This document shows, piece after piece, positions 12,549 to 25,200 of a stretch of DNA of 64,000 bases (positions are counted from its first letter, which is position 1; each line of letters opens with the position of its first letter). This stretch comes from Lingula anatina. Taxonomy: Eukaryota; Animalia; Brachiopoda. The stretch spans positions 744,001 to 808,000 of the forward strand of contig CM120641.1 of NCBI GenBank assembly GCA_051362555.1, in the 5' to 3' direction. Position numbers and translations under genes: made by a program. The notes below the pieces were generated by a model, which saw nothing but the letters and a program-made list of their open reading frames with translations, had not been told where the DNA came from and did no database searches.

Positions 12549-14581
12549 TTTTATGTACAGACACAGATGTGTCTGTACATATTGCCATCACCTGCGTCTG
12601 TCGTCGCCATCACCGATGCCGGCGCCGTGCACTTTCCTTTTAAACACGATAAGTGGAGGGCAGTTTTACTTTTTGGCTTTATATTTACAGAGCTGATGAA
12701 TATTCATAAAACGCAGGTCAAGTTCGAAAATCAGCATGATCAGGCCATAATTATAGAAGTTATGCTGTTTTTATGTACAGACACAGTCGCCGTTGCCGTG
12801 CACTTTAACCGTAAACACGATAAGTGAAAAACCGTTTTACCTTTTGGCTTGAAAGTTACAGAACTGATGAATATTCATAATACGCTGGTCAAGTTCGAAA
12901 ATCAGCATGATCAGGCTATTTTTAGGGAAGTTATGCTGTTTTTTCAATTTTTCAGCATATATGCAACATCGTGAACACGATAAGTGAAAAACCGTTATAC
13001 CTTTTGGCTTGAAAGTTACAGAACTGATGAATATTCATAATACGCCGGTCAAGTTTGAAAATCAGCATGATCGGGTCATTTTTAGGGAAGTTATGCTTTT
13101 TTTCACTTTTTTCAGCATATATGCAACACCGTAAACACGATAAGTGGAAAACAGTTTTACCTTTTGGTTTGAAACTTACAGAACTGATGAGTATTTATAA
13201 TACCCAGGTCAAGTTCGAAAATCAGCATGATAGAGCCTTTTTTATGGAAGTTATGCTGTTTTTTCATTTTTTTCAGCATATATGCAACACTGATAACACA
13301 ATATAAGAAAAACAGATAGGCCAATTGTCATTGTACTCACAGGAGTGGTCAATCTTACTAAAACATAGGTTGAGTATGAAAATCAGCATAATCGGGCCAA
13401 TATTTTAGAAGTTATGCTTTTTTTTCACATTTCCGCAGATTCAATTCTTAGGAATGTTAATAGTCTCATTATTGAACTAATAAGATACGTAAAAGTGTTT
13501 GTTTCACATTTCCTGCATTTTTACAACATTGTCAGGTGATTTTGTAAAAATGATGGTAAATTTGTTATCGTGTATTGTGTAATGAAGTGTCAAAAATGGA
13601 AATAAACACATATCATTGCAGTTTGTCAGATTCAATCATCCACTATGCTCAGAATCTTAGAATGGAGGAAATTGGACATATAACACTGTTCTATTGATAT
13701 ATTTCCCATCTCATCAATTTTCTTAGTTGGTCATATAAAAATGGCAGTAAATTGTTAATTTTGTTTTATGTTAAATAAGTGTTAAAAATGAAAATAAACC
13801 CATTTCAGAAAAGTGCTGTCTTGTTTACATTTTGGCATTTTCAAGATGTGACTTTGAAGTTCCATGGTCCTGAAGACCTTTGCTAGTCACATTTTCTGAA
13901 TATCCATGATTCTAATATTTTATTATTAAAAATTGATGGTCATTATGCTGTTAAACATTATGTAATATTGCATCAAAATTTGAAAAAAACCTACTTTGGG
14001 CACTGCTCCCATGATGACCATTTAAGAAAAACCATGTCACTTACTGTTCTCAAACAGTACAGTAAATATGTACAGATGTGTCAAAAATGTGTCTGTACAT
14101 ATTGCCATCACCTGCGTCTGTCTTTGCCGTCACCGCCGTCACCTGCACCTTGCACTTTCATTGTAAACATGATAAGTGGAAGGCAGTTTTACTTTTGGGC
14201 TTTATATTTACAGAGCTGATGAATATTCATAAAACGCAGGTCAAGTTCGAAAATCAGCATGATCGGGCCATTATTGTAGAAGTCATGCTTTTTTTCACTT
14301 TTCAGTATATTTCACATATTGGCATTTTCAAGGTGTGACTTTGAAGTTCTACATGCTTGAAGACCCATGCTAGTCACATTTTCTGAAAATCCATGATACG
14401 TATATTTTATTATTAAAAATCGAGGGTCATTATGCTGTTAACCAATATGTAATATTGCATCAGAATAGAAGAAAACAATTATGGGTGCTGCTGCCATGAT
14501 GACCATTATGGGAAAACCATGTTACTTATGATTGCCAAATGTTCAAAAAAGAAATGCAGGACTAAAATGCAGCCTGGGTTG
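12549..14581 (+). mobile_element. HINE cluster (5' ends at ~12550, ~12768 partial, ~14068 partial), truncated at 14581
   Basis: Same palindromic 5' end, microsatellite and 161-bp monomers as copies 1-3. Confidence 0.85.
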
Positions 14582-15127
14582 TAGTCTAGTAGCCAGAACG
14601 CTAACCCTGCAATGTTTTTTCCTGTAAACTTTTTTCGCTGAAATGCATTCTTTAGGTCGAGAGAAGCAAAATTAGTTTGGTTGCTATTTCCTAGACCTTG
14701 AGCATTTTTCAATATGGCTGTCAATTTATGAGAAAAAGTAGAAAAACGAGCAGAAGTCGCCGGGTAAACTTTATTGACAGCTTTTTTGAACGTATATCCT
14801 ATCAGGAGAGCACAACAGTACTAGTGAATACACTTAAGCCCGTTACATATAGCAAAAAAGCCAAAATGGCCGCCAAAACATATGGCAGAAAGTAAAAACA
14901 GCTGCAAAATAAGTTCGTTTTTTGCAAATTAAGTCTTATTAAAAACATTTCCGCCTTTTCTATTTATGTCCATTATGATAATTTGTTAGTCATGATCCTA
15001 AACTCTCAGAAACTGCTTATTTGTCATTTATCAGATGGTGGCAGACGGTACCATCTCCTGAGAGTCCATTTGCGACTCTGACGAGCCCCATAGTCAAAGC
15101 TTGCTATGTTATATCTTGCAAGCTTTT
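14582..15127. mobile_element. Left end of a TAG-terminated DNA transposon (Academ-like), no matching right end seen
   Basis: HINE similarity stops abruptly at tagtctagtagccagaacg... Internal caatatggctg/aaaatggccgcc motifs occur here, and similar sequence resumes after 19633. The superfamily call rests on terminus style only. Confidence 0.35.
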
Positions 15128-15131
15128 TTAA

Positions 15132-15677
15132 GTGCCATTTCACGAGAGAATCAACCAAATAGCGGCAAGGTGGGGGTCAACAGATTCAACCCAAATTTTC
15201 TGTGTTTGATAACTGTTACAAAAGATGTTGAAAGCACACTTTAAAAAAATTCTGAAAATTCTGGAAAAAATAGATATTGCCATCTGAAATTTGGGGGTCC
15301 TGACTACACAAAATATCGTAACAAAAGTAGTGGAAGTTTGCTTGTAAATTCCATGAAGGATTTGACATTTCAGCCTTAACTATTCCCTTTTTCTAAGGAT
15401 CCATGCCAAGACCTTTCGGATGATATGTGACTAAATTGTCAATCACGTTGCTATAGTAACGAAATTGGCCCGTGAAAAGAGGGTACAAAATCAAGGTAAA
15501 AAATCAGCACTTGCCGATTGGCAAATTTAGCCTAACACGGCGTCAAATTTGAATAAAATAAGACAATTTTTGAACAGTTAAGCACTTGAGCTTTGTAATT
15601 ACGCAATAAAAAATACTGCACCTCGTCAGGATACGTTGGGGTGGACGTCTAGAATGAGGGGTGTGAGCGGTGAGTTA
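15132..15677 (+). repeat. Left TIR (~546 bp)
   Basis: Reverse complement of 19075-19629 with few substitutions and one ~9-bp indel near the outer end. Confidence 0.95.
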
Positions 15678-15870
15678 CGCGGTTGTTCATTTCTATGGTA
15701 CTGTTGAAATACGCCTGGTTTTTATTAATCGTACTTTTTGCTTATGTTAACACAAATGACAATACTCTAAATAGTTTTCCGAATGATTAGCGTCGTTGTA
15801 ATTGGTTTCAAGACCAAGAAAATAGTTCGAAACTTACGTCCATAACTCTGCGTGCTTCCTCACAATCAAC

Positions 15871-16890
15871 ATGGCGGAAAGATGTGGACGTCGGTGTGAG
15901 AAGTCAATATTTTTGATGCAGAAAAGGGAGCATGCGGACTTAAACCTGTCTACAAATATCAGACGAGTTGTATCTTGCTTCGGGAGTGAACCAGACATGT
16001 TGAGAATCATTTACGAAATCTGAATGTGCTTCGCGTCCAGGGTCAAATCAGGGATGATAGGGAGCACATTCTTCAGACGCTCCGAGTGTGAGCTACTGAG
16101 CCTAATGGTATATTTCGACTAGGGACGGAATAGACTCAATCCAGAGAGTGCCAACACCCACTTCACACAAAGAAAGGAAAACCCTTTGCTAACCAAGCGA
16201 CTGGCGTCTAGATTTCAAAGATTTGTTTGCCCTACTCACTAGGCCTAGGGTATGAGGTAAATAAGATTCTGTGCCATTCCTTAGATTCATCATCCTTTAT
16301 ATGTCTTATTAGTTTTACTGAAAAAAAAACCCTTCATTCTGCTTATTATATGCGTTTCTCTTTGAAAAATATTGTTGTTTAGTATTCCAATCAATGTTTG
16401 TTTCAATATCATTGATGTTTGTTGTGATAATTCTAAAGCTTGAAATGTGGATTTTATCATTGCTAGATAGGACCCTGCTAATAAAAAGCCTTTCATCTGG
16501 GTAAATTTTATAGTTTCCAGAAAATTGTAAGCAAGGATAAATATGTAAAATTATATTTTCATTTTGTTTTTCAGATTAACTGAGTGGAGAAAGCCAGTTA
16601 GAACTGGGTTGCAGTTATATTTCTGCTAGATAAATCTGTCTGCCAGCTGAAAACTAACATGGATAGCTTTGGAGAAATATTAGTTTAGATGTTGTTGGGT
16701 ACTATCACTGTGCTCCAACATTTTGTCCATAATGATACCAGCTTTATCTGAACAGACAGGCTTCTTTGTTCAGCACAAGCAGGAGAGGACAAATGTGAAC
16801 AAAAATTGCTCCCCTTGAAGTCTCATAAGAAAGGATGAATAAAAAACAAAGAAGAAACTGTTAAACAAGGATGCATAACTGAGTGTTCAG
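15871..16890 (+). pseudogene. Decayed Sola3-like transposase, left copy (exon 1 plus catalytic-core remnant, internally deleted)
   Basis: caacATGGCGGA at 15871. Frameshifted CGL...LLRE*TRHVENHLRNLNV...FRLGTE*...CQHPLH. Donor near 16258, acceptor near 16574. DVVGYYHCAPT at 16688-16720 and QAGEDKCEQKIAP/LKSH at 16776-16826. Confidence 0.65.
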
Positions 16891-17329
16891 CAAATCATTG
16901 GTTATTTTTCATGTTTTTAAAATCTGTTTATCTGTGGAGTTGGATCAACCTATGTGGGATAATATTTCATTGGGAACAAGCCATATGGCTGATGCAGAAT
17001 GTTATATAAGCATGCAATGTCAGCATCCCCTTTAAAAATATACATAATGCTCCACAGTGTTTCCATTGTAAACTATTACATTTTTATCTTTGGAGCAAGG
17101 TGGTACTTTTTATGTTACTTTTCATTTTTAAAAATTATTATTGAAGCACTCATTTCAGGTGCATGATAGCTGTTTTTATTCATTTCCATTTCTCATTCAA
17201 AGAAAATCAGATTGCTTAAAGATAATGATATATATTTTATTGTAATTTTGAAAATTTAAAAAAAGCACCAAAAAAATACACTGTACAACCTTTTATTAGA
17301 CTAAAAAGGTCTTGCACAAATATATATAA

Positions 17330-18874
17330 AGTAGCAGATTTATGTGTTTAGTTGTTCTTGAATCTGCACTTTCATAACAGGCTATCAGTGTGTTAATGGT
17401 ACTGCTTTCCTCATCTGCTTTCTGAATATCTCTCCATACAGCTTCTTCATGACCAGGTGACAAACAATTCAGAACCAAGTTGATGCCTTCTCTTGCTTTC
17501 TGTTTGTAATACCTTCTCGTTCTTGGGGCAGTTGACCTATAGCTGGTTCAAACCCACCACGAAGAAGAAAATTATTCAAATTCCCCAGATCCTGGCTTTA
17601 CAGGTGTAGAGGCCCAAGAAGCTTCGAGGTCTGTCCTCCCATTACTTTGTGAGCTGCTGCTGCCTGACACTGGCATGTCTAACCTTGCACGCTGAAAACA
17701 GAGATTCTTTGGTTATTGTAACCTTAATAATGGGAGAGGTGAAAAAAGAATTGGTGTGCCTAAATAAAAGAAGCTTTTCATATCAAATCTTCAATAAACC
17801 ATCTAATGGTCACAAACCTCAAAGTCCTGATTTACAAACTAACTCGATACTTTAACAATGTAAAAACAGACTGAGTGATTTACAAAATCTCTACTTTAAT
17901 ATGAAAACAGTGGAGGAATTGCTATATAGTTATATCAGTAGTGTGCACCTTTATAATTACAGTATTGCTAAAACTATGCATGGAAATGATATTATAACTT
18001 ACATCAGTTTCTTCTTGGGCTGAAGAAAGTTCAGACATAGAAGCCACAGTTGTATGTTTAGTTGCTGTATACTTCTCATGGTGACAAGGGGACCTTCAGA
18101 CTATCGAGACGTACCTGTGACGGGCAGTCTCTTTCTCTTTACACCTTTTACAGAGCTGAAAAAAGAATGGTATCACCTTTCAAATAAGTATCAGTCAAAT
18201 ATACTATTTAAATTTCTACAACATTAATAAAAAGTTGTTTCATAATATATATATATATATTTATGTATGTGCACAAACAATCATTGAATACATGCAAGTG
18301 AGTTACTCTAATATAAATGTTCCATTTCTCAATTATTTCGTATAAAAAATTATGCTAAACGATCTCCTATCATTGGAGAGTGTATATATAAACTGGTTAT
18401 AAAATTTGTTATGGTTTTTCCATTGTTGGAAAACTACAATTACATGTAGCTGACATAGCCATTATACTTACATGACCCTACTGGACCAACACACCAAAAT
18501 CTAGTTTCAGCTCCTTGGAAATCTCGAAGCCAATTGCTTTGTAAGAAGAGGGTTTCCCTTTCCCTTTGAGAAGTGGGTGCTGGGACTTTTTGGACGTAGT
18601 CCAGTTCGTCCCTAAACGAAACCTGTGTGCTGGACATATTGTTAAGTTGAGTAGTTGGGTCAAAGTCGAAATGGCCGAGCCTGAATAAGCTCCTTTAGCT
18701 TGTTTCTGGACATGAAGCACTTTCAGGTTTTTAAGTGGTTTTTAACGTCTCTGGTACACTCCCTAAGCAAAACACACCTCCTGTGGTATTGTATGGAATG
18801 CTGAGTCCGCACGGTATACTTTCTGCACCAGGAATATTCGCTATCTCACATCTAAGTCCGCCTCCTTCCGCCAT
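17330..18874 (-). pseudogene. Decayed Sola3-like transposase, right copy (three N-terminal exons, 3' truncated)
   Basis: caacATGGCGGA at 18874. Exon 1 runs to 18472 (CVLLRECTRDVKNHL...LTICPAHRFRLGTNW...HP...FGVLV/VGS). Exon 2 ~18155-18003. Exon 3 from ~17692 (LNNFLL...RTRRYYKQKAREGINLVLNCLSPG...TLIACYESADSRTTK). Frameshifts present. Confidence 0.7.
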
Positions 18875-19074
18875 GTTGTGTACATTTTGGGGTCAATGAC
18901 GCAGAGTCATAAACGAAAGTTTCGAAATATTTTCTTTATCCTCTAATCGTTACAATAACCTTTATAATTCGGAAAAAACTTTAGGATATTTTCTATTATG
19001 TTAATATAAACAAAAAAGTACGATTTATAAAGATGAGACGCATTTGAACGGCACTATCGACCGGAATCACTGTA

Positions 19075-19629
19075 TAACTCACCGCTCATACCCCTCATTC
19101 TAGACGTCCACCCCAACGTATCCTGACGAGGTGCAGTATTTTTTATTGCGTAATTACAAAGCTCAAGTCCTTAACTGTTCAAAAATTGCCTTATTTTATT
19201 CAAATTTGACGCCGTGTTAGGCTAAATTTGCCAATCGGCGAGTGCTGATTTTTTACCTTGATTTTGTACCCTCTTTTCACGGGCCAATTTCGTTACTATA
19301 GCAACGTGATTGACAATTTAGTCACATATCATCCGAAAGGTCTTGGCATGGATCCTTAGAAAAAGGGAATAGTTAAGGCTGAAATGTCAAATCCTTCATG
19401 GAATTTACAAGCAAACTTCCACTACTTTTGTTACGATATTTTGTGTGGTCAGGACCCCCAAATTTCAGATGGCAATATCTATTTTTTCCAGAATTTTCAG
19501 AATTTTTTTAAAGTGTGCTTTCAACATCTTTTGTAACAGTTATCAAACACAGAAAATTTGGGTTGAATCTGTTGACCCCCACCTTGCCGATTTTTGGCTG
19601 ATTTGGTTGATTCTCTCGTGAAATGGCAC
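19075..19629 (-). repeat. Right TIR (~555 bp)
   Basis: Reverse complement of 15132-15677. Confidence 0.95.
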
Positions 19630-20488
19630 TTAAAAGAAATTGTTTCATCTGGGTTACAAAACTTAGAGAAGCTTATAAGCTTGACTTTATTTGCCAGTTG
19701 ATACGTACGAGATATTGACAATTTTTCAAAATTCAAGATGGCCGTCAATTTGTTATGTGAATAGCGAGAGCCATACATTCAAATAAAAAAAATAATGCTT
19801 CACTCCATTGTTCATCATTGCATATTTATATTTATATCCATGCAAAGTGCGATCATTTATTTCATTTTTGCAAGTTATTTTAATAAAAAAAGGCCTCCAA
19901 AACATAATGGAAGGGCAAAGAAACAACTGTAAAACTACAAGGCTTTTAACTGAAATAGACTTTAACTGGAACAAATATAAATACATATATAAAGTGAAAA
20001 ACGATATACCTTCGTTCAAGACACAGCACACACTAAAACATATTTTTAGGTTAAATGGTACGAAAAACGAAAACCAATATGTCCGTCAATGCTGCTCTAT
20101 GATCAAACCAAACATTGATTGCTGATATCTCAGCCCTGACAACTAGTTTTTCATTCTAAATAAAAAATTAATAAAAGGTATTATCATTCTTGTATGTGTA
20201 AACTAAATCATTTTGCAATAAAAAAAGCGTCAAATCATTTTCTTCAGGTTGGATTATTCTTTTCCTTTTTTTGTAAACATTTTAAATATTTTAACAGCTA
20301 TGGGTAAAGGTATTTTTGTTGTTTAACAATGAATTTTATTATAAATAACCGAGATCCAAGCGGGGGTATACAAACCCAGAGGTTAGGGCCCATGAGGTCA
20401 GCTATTCTGGACAACGTGACATAGTACGGGGATATGCGAGGGCTATCCATCGACATCATGTATTCGAAATGTTGTTTTTGCCAATATA

Positions 20489-21686
20489 TACTTACAGATA
20501 ATGGAAGCTTTGAGATAGTAATGTATGCATTTTTCTACTTGTAGGGTAGATGTAATTATTCATTGTGCATGTATTGATGACGTAGTGCTCGGGTAGTTAA
20601 GATAATGATGAGTTGTCATGTTGCCATGGTTCATTGCACATGGGTAAGCTTTTTTTTTTTGTTGCAAAAATGGACCAAATACACATTGAGCAATACTAAG
20701 TGGGCATCTGCACATTTTGAGGATTGGTTTTGGAGGCCTATAAAGGCCCAAAATAGGCCACCGATGTTGTTAGTCCAGTGAACGGAATCATGCCATGTCT
20801 ATCATGTGAACAACGTACATCTCTGGGCAATGGGTGTGAAGGGAGTCTGATTTGAGCTATAATGTATGGGCTGTTCCCACCCCACAATCAGGAACCTGGT
20901 TGAATACCACAACATGCCAGGCTCTGTTAGCGATATACCGCAGCCAGGGCGAGAGAGTGTCAACTCCAGACCAGGATCGCTACACCAGGTTGTATCAGCT
21001 ACGGGTCCAGTTTCGCCATGCCAGTCTTACATACAAGAAGCACCCGGCAGGAACAACAACCGGAGCAGCAGCGCTTGCTGGCGGTCAACCGATGGTGGTC
21101 GTTGATGGCAACATGCCAGTAACTGCTCGTCACTACATAGATCAGATCCTGCAACCTCACATAACCTCGTTCATGCAGCAGAAAACTGATATCACCTTTT
21201 CCCAACAGGACATGACCCGTTCACATTGGGCAAAAATGATCCAAGTGTAGCTGGAGTCCCAAAGGTGGATGTCCTACCCCGGCCTGTCTATTTTCCGGAT
21301 ATGAATCCGATTGAACACTTCTGATACTACATATATCTTGTATCTTGGCCGTCCGTTGGCCAAGGCAGCAGCTGATCGAGGCACTACGACAAGGCTGGAA
21401 TAGGATTCCACACGACACCATCCCATCCACATTGATTGCCCAAGCATGCGCTAACAGATCGCGCCTGCATCGAAGCAAGCGGAGATCGTACCGGCTATTG
21501 ACCGTTGTGACTTTGTGTTGGGCTGGTGCCATTTTTGTTTTGAAACTATTCATGAAACTTCAGATTTTTGGTTCTGTATACCAATATCCTAAACAAAAGA
21601 TTCATATGAAAATAATCCAGTTTAGAGCTTCAAAATAACAATTATTTTGAAAAATATGGCCTCAAAAATTTTAATGGCTGTCAGTA
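20489..21686 (+). mobile_element. Degenerate Tc1/mariner transposon inserted at TA
   Basis: Ends ta|tacttacag and ctgtcagta|ta. The rejoined flanks match the uninterrupted paralogous sequence at ~12185-12300. Confidence 0.8.
20790..21500 (+). pseudogene. Tc1-family transposase remnant (HTH and C-terminal part of DDE domain, central deletion)
   Basis: GCSHPTIRNL...GSVSDIPQPGR/ERVSTPDQDRYTRL, GNMPVTARHYIDQILQPH, FSQQDMTRSH, PDMNPIEH, with stops and frameshifts. Confidence 0.9.
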
Positions 21687-22233
21687 TATAACCAAAAGAT
21701 TTGTAAGATGTTTTGCTTATTGACTCTTTAAAATGTAAAGTGAAAAAAGTGCTGTAATAAGAAAAACTAGAAATGCTGTTATATACTGATGAAATATTCT
21801 TACACGTGCCAATCTCAATAAAAAGAATGGGAAGTTTTAAAGCTAAATTTTATGTACATACTGAAAAACTTATGATAAAGATATAAAATCAAAATATTAA
21901 GGTATGATCAATATAAAAACAAAAACGAAAAAAAAAAGGTTAATATTTTGACAAAAGTTAAATTAAATTACACTCACCCCCCTCCCACCCCCTGTCCCCA
22001 CCAACAGACTTGGTTGGACTCCATGTAAATATAAGAGTCCCAATTGCAGTTTAACATTTTGGACTCCCTGTGCCCAAATTCCTGCAGAACCCCCTGTTGG
22101 CCCTTGATAAACTTTCTGTATTAAAAGGAGAACTTACGTAATGGTCAGTCCTATCAATGATCCTCTTTTATAGAGTCTTAGTATAACTGTACCTTACAAG
22201 TACACTTTTTCAATAAATAACAGGGTTAGATAT

Positions 22234-25200
22234 ATTTTATGCTGTTTTTTCACTTTTCAGCATATTTTTCACATTTCCTAAGATTCAATTCTTAGGCATG
22301 TTAACAGTCTCATTATTAAACTAATAAGATACGTAAAAGTTTTTTTGACATTTCCTGCATCTTTACAACATTGTTAGTTGATTTTGTGAAAATGATGGTA
22401 AACTTGTTACCGTGTATTGTGTAATAAAGTTTCAAAAAATGGAAATAAACTCATATCATTGCAGTTTGTCAGATTCAATCATTCACTATGTTCAGAATCT
22501 CAGAATGGAAGAAATTGGACATTTAACACTGCTCTTTTGATATTTTTCCATCTCATCAATTTTTTTAGTTGATCATATAAAAATGGCAGTAAACTGTTAA
22601 TTTTGTTTTATGTTAAAAAATGTTAAAAATGGAAAAAAACCATCACAGAACAGTGCTGTCTTGTTTACATTTTGGCATTTTCAAGTTGTGACTTTGAAGT
22701 TCCATGGGCCTGAAGACCTTTGCTAGTCACATTTTCTGAATATCCATGATACTAATATTTTATTATTAAAAATTGATGGTCATTATGCTGTTAAACATTA
22801 TGTAATATTGCATCAAAATTTGAAAAAAACCTATTTTGGGCACTGCTCCCTTGATGACCATTTAAGAAAAACCATGTCACTTACTGTTCTCAAACTTACA
22901 GGAAAGAAACATGGGACTAAAATATAGCTTCAGTAGGCAATGCAATCTGCCAGTTAAACAGTTTTTTTGTGAAAATTTAATTTTTCACATATTGGCATTT
23001 TCAAGGTGTGACTTTGAAGTTCCGCAGGCTTGAAGACCCATGCTTGTCACATTTTCTGAAAATCCATGATACGTATACTTTATTATTAAAAATTGATTGT
23101 CTTTATGCTGGTAACCATTATGTAATATTGCATCAGAATAGAAGAAAACACAATTTTGGGTGCTGCTGCCATGATGACCATTATGGGAAAACCATGTTAC
23201 TTATGATTGCCAAACTTTCAAAAAAGAAATACAGGACTAAAATGCAGCCTGAGTTGGAAAAGCAGTCTTATTGACTTCTTTTTCTGGAAGTTTTACATTT
23301 TCAAAGGGTGAACTCCCATGGGCCTGAAGCCTTATGTTTGTTACACATTTTACTTACATTGGTATTACCTGTTGAGCATAATTAGAATTTGATGTTGAAT
23401 TTGCAGTTTAACATAATGTACTTTTGCATCAGAATTGACAGTAGCCTATTTTGTTATTTCCTGCTTTTTGTCTGTACATTTGACAGCTTTGCTGCCTTGT
23501 TATTTTCTGTTTTTGTCTGTACATATGACAGCTTTGCTGCCTTGTTTCACTTTTCAGCATATATGCAACCCTGTAAACACATTTTAAGGAAAACCGTTAG
23601 GCCTGTTGTCATGAAACTCAAAGGAGTAATCAATCTTACTAAAACGCAGGTTGAGTTCGAAAATCAGCATAATCGGGGCATTATTTTAGAAGTTATGCTG
23701 TTTTTTCACATTTCCTCAAATTCAATTCTTTAACTAATAAGATCATTATTCTCATTATTTAACTAACAAGACACGTAAAAGTGTTTGGTTGACATTTCCT
23801 GCATCTTTACAAATTTATTAGTTGATTATGTAAAAATGATGGTAAACTTGTTATCGTGTATTGTGTAATATAGTTTCAAAAATGGAAATAAACTCATATC
23901 ATTGCAGTTTGTCAGATTCAATCATTCACTATGTTCAGAATCTCAGAATAGAGGAAATTGGACATTTAACACTGCTCTTTTGACATTTTTCCCATCTCAT
24001 CAATTTTCTTAGTTGATTGTATAAAATGGCAGTAACCTGTTAATTTTGTTTTATGTTAAAAAAAATGGTTAAAAATGGAAAAAAAAACATTTCAGAACAA
24101 TGCTGTCTTGTTTACATTTTGGCATTTTCAAGTTAAGACTTTGAAGTTCCATGGGCCTGAAGACCTTTGCTAGTCATTTTCTGAATATCCATGATACTAA
24201 TATTTTATTATTAAAAATTGATGGTCATTATGCTCTTAAACATTATGTAATATTGCATCAAAATTTGAAAAAACCTATTTTGGGCACTGTTCCCATAATG
24301 ACCATTTGAGAAAAACCATGCCACTTATTGTTCTCAATCAGTACAGTAAATATGTATAGATGTGTCTGTACATATTGCCATCACCTGCGTCTGTCATCGC
24401 CGTCACTGTCGCTGGCGCCGTGCACTTTCATTGTAAACACGATAAGTGGAAGGCAGTTTTACTTTTTGGCTGTATATTTACAGAGCTGATGAATATTCAT
24501 AAAACGCAGGTCAAGTTCGAAAATCAGCATGATCGGGCCATTATTGTAGAAGTTATGCTTTTTTTTTCACTTTTCAGCATATATGCAACACTGTAAACAC
24601 ATTTCAAGGAAAACCGATAGGCCTGTTGTCATGAAACTCACAGGAGTAATTGATCTTACTATAACGCAGGTCAAGTTCGAAAATCGGCATGATCGGGCCA
24701 TTATTTTAGTAGTTATGCTTTTTTTTCACTTTTCAGCATATACGCAACACTGTAAACACAATATAAGAAAAACAGATAGGCCAATTGTCATTAAACTCAC
24801 AGGAGTGGTCATTCCTGCTAAAACGCAGGTTGAGTCAAAAATCAGCATAATCGGGCCATTATTTTAAAGAAATGCCGTATTTTCACATTTCCTCAGATTC
24901 AATTCTTAGGCATGTTAACAGTTTCATTATTTAATTAGTAAGACACGTAAAAGTGTTTGGTTGACATTTCCTGCATCTTTACAACATTATTAGTTGATTA
25001 TATAAAAATGATGGTAAACTTGTTATCGTGTATTGTGTAATAAAGTTTCAAAAATGGAAATAAACTCATATCATTGCAGTTTGTCAGATTCAATCATTCA
25101 CTATGTTCAGAATCTCAGAATGGAAGAAATTGGACATTTAACACTGCTCTATTGATATTTTTCCCATCTCATCAATTTTCTTAGTTGATCATATAAAAAT

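Larger units (their letters stand above)
15132..19629. mobile_element. Sola3-like DNA transposon (4498 bp), non-autonomous, TTAA TSD, long TIRs
   Basis: TTAA at 15128-15131 and 19630-19633. Near-identical inverted repeats 15132-15677 and 19075-19629. Internal transposase remnants include ICPAHRFRLGTNW, DVVGYYHCAP and QAGEDKCEQKIAP. Confidence 0.75.

Noticed and set aside
242-14338. Many short ORFs (e.g. MKLTELMNI..., FENQHDRAI...) as a peptide gene family
   Set aside because: They are incidental translations of the 161-bp non-coding monomer, on both strands and in shifting frames.
19753-20125. 92-105 aa ORFs right of the Sola3-like element
   Set aside because: AT-rich, no recognisable motifs, non-ATG starts, and within transposon-derived sequence.
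14582-20150. A complete Academ element enclosing the Sola3-like element
   Set aside because: I could not find a right-hand inverted terminus or TSD, so only a left-end fragment is reported at low confidence.
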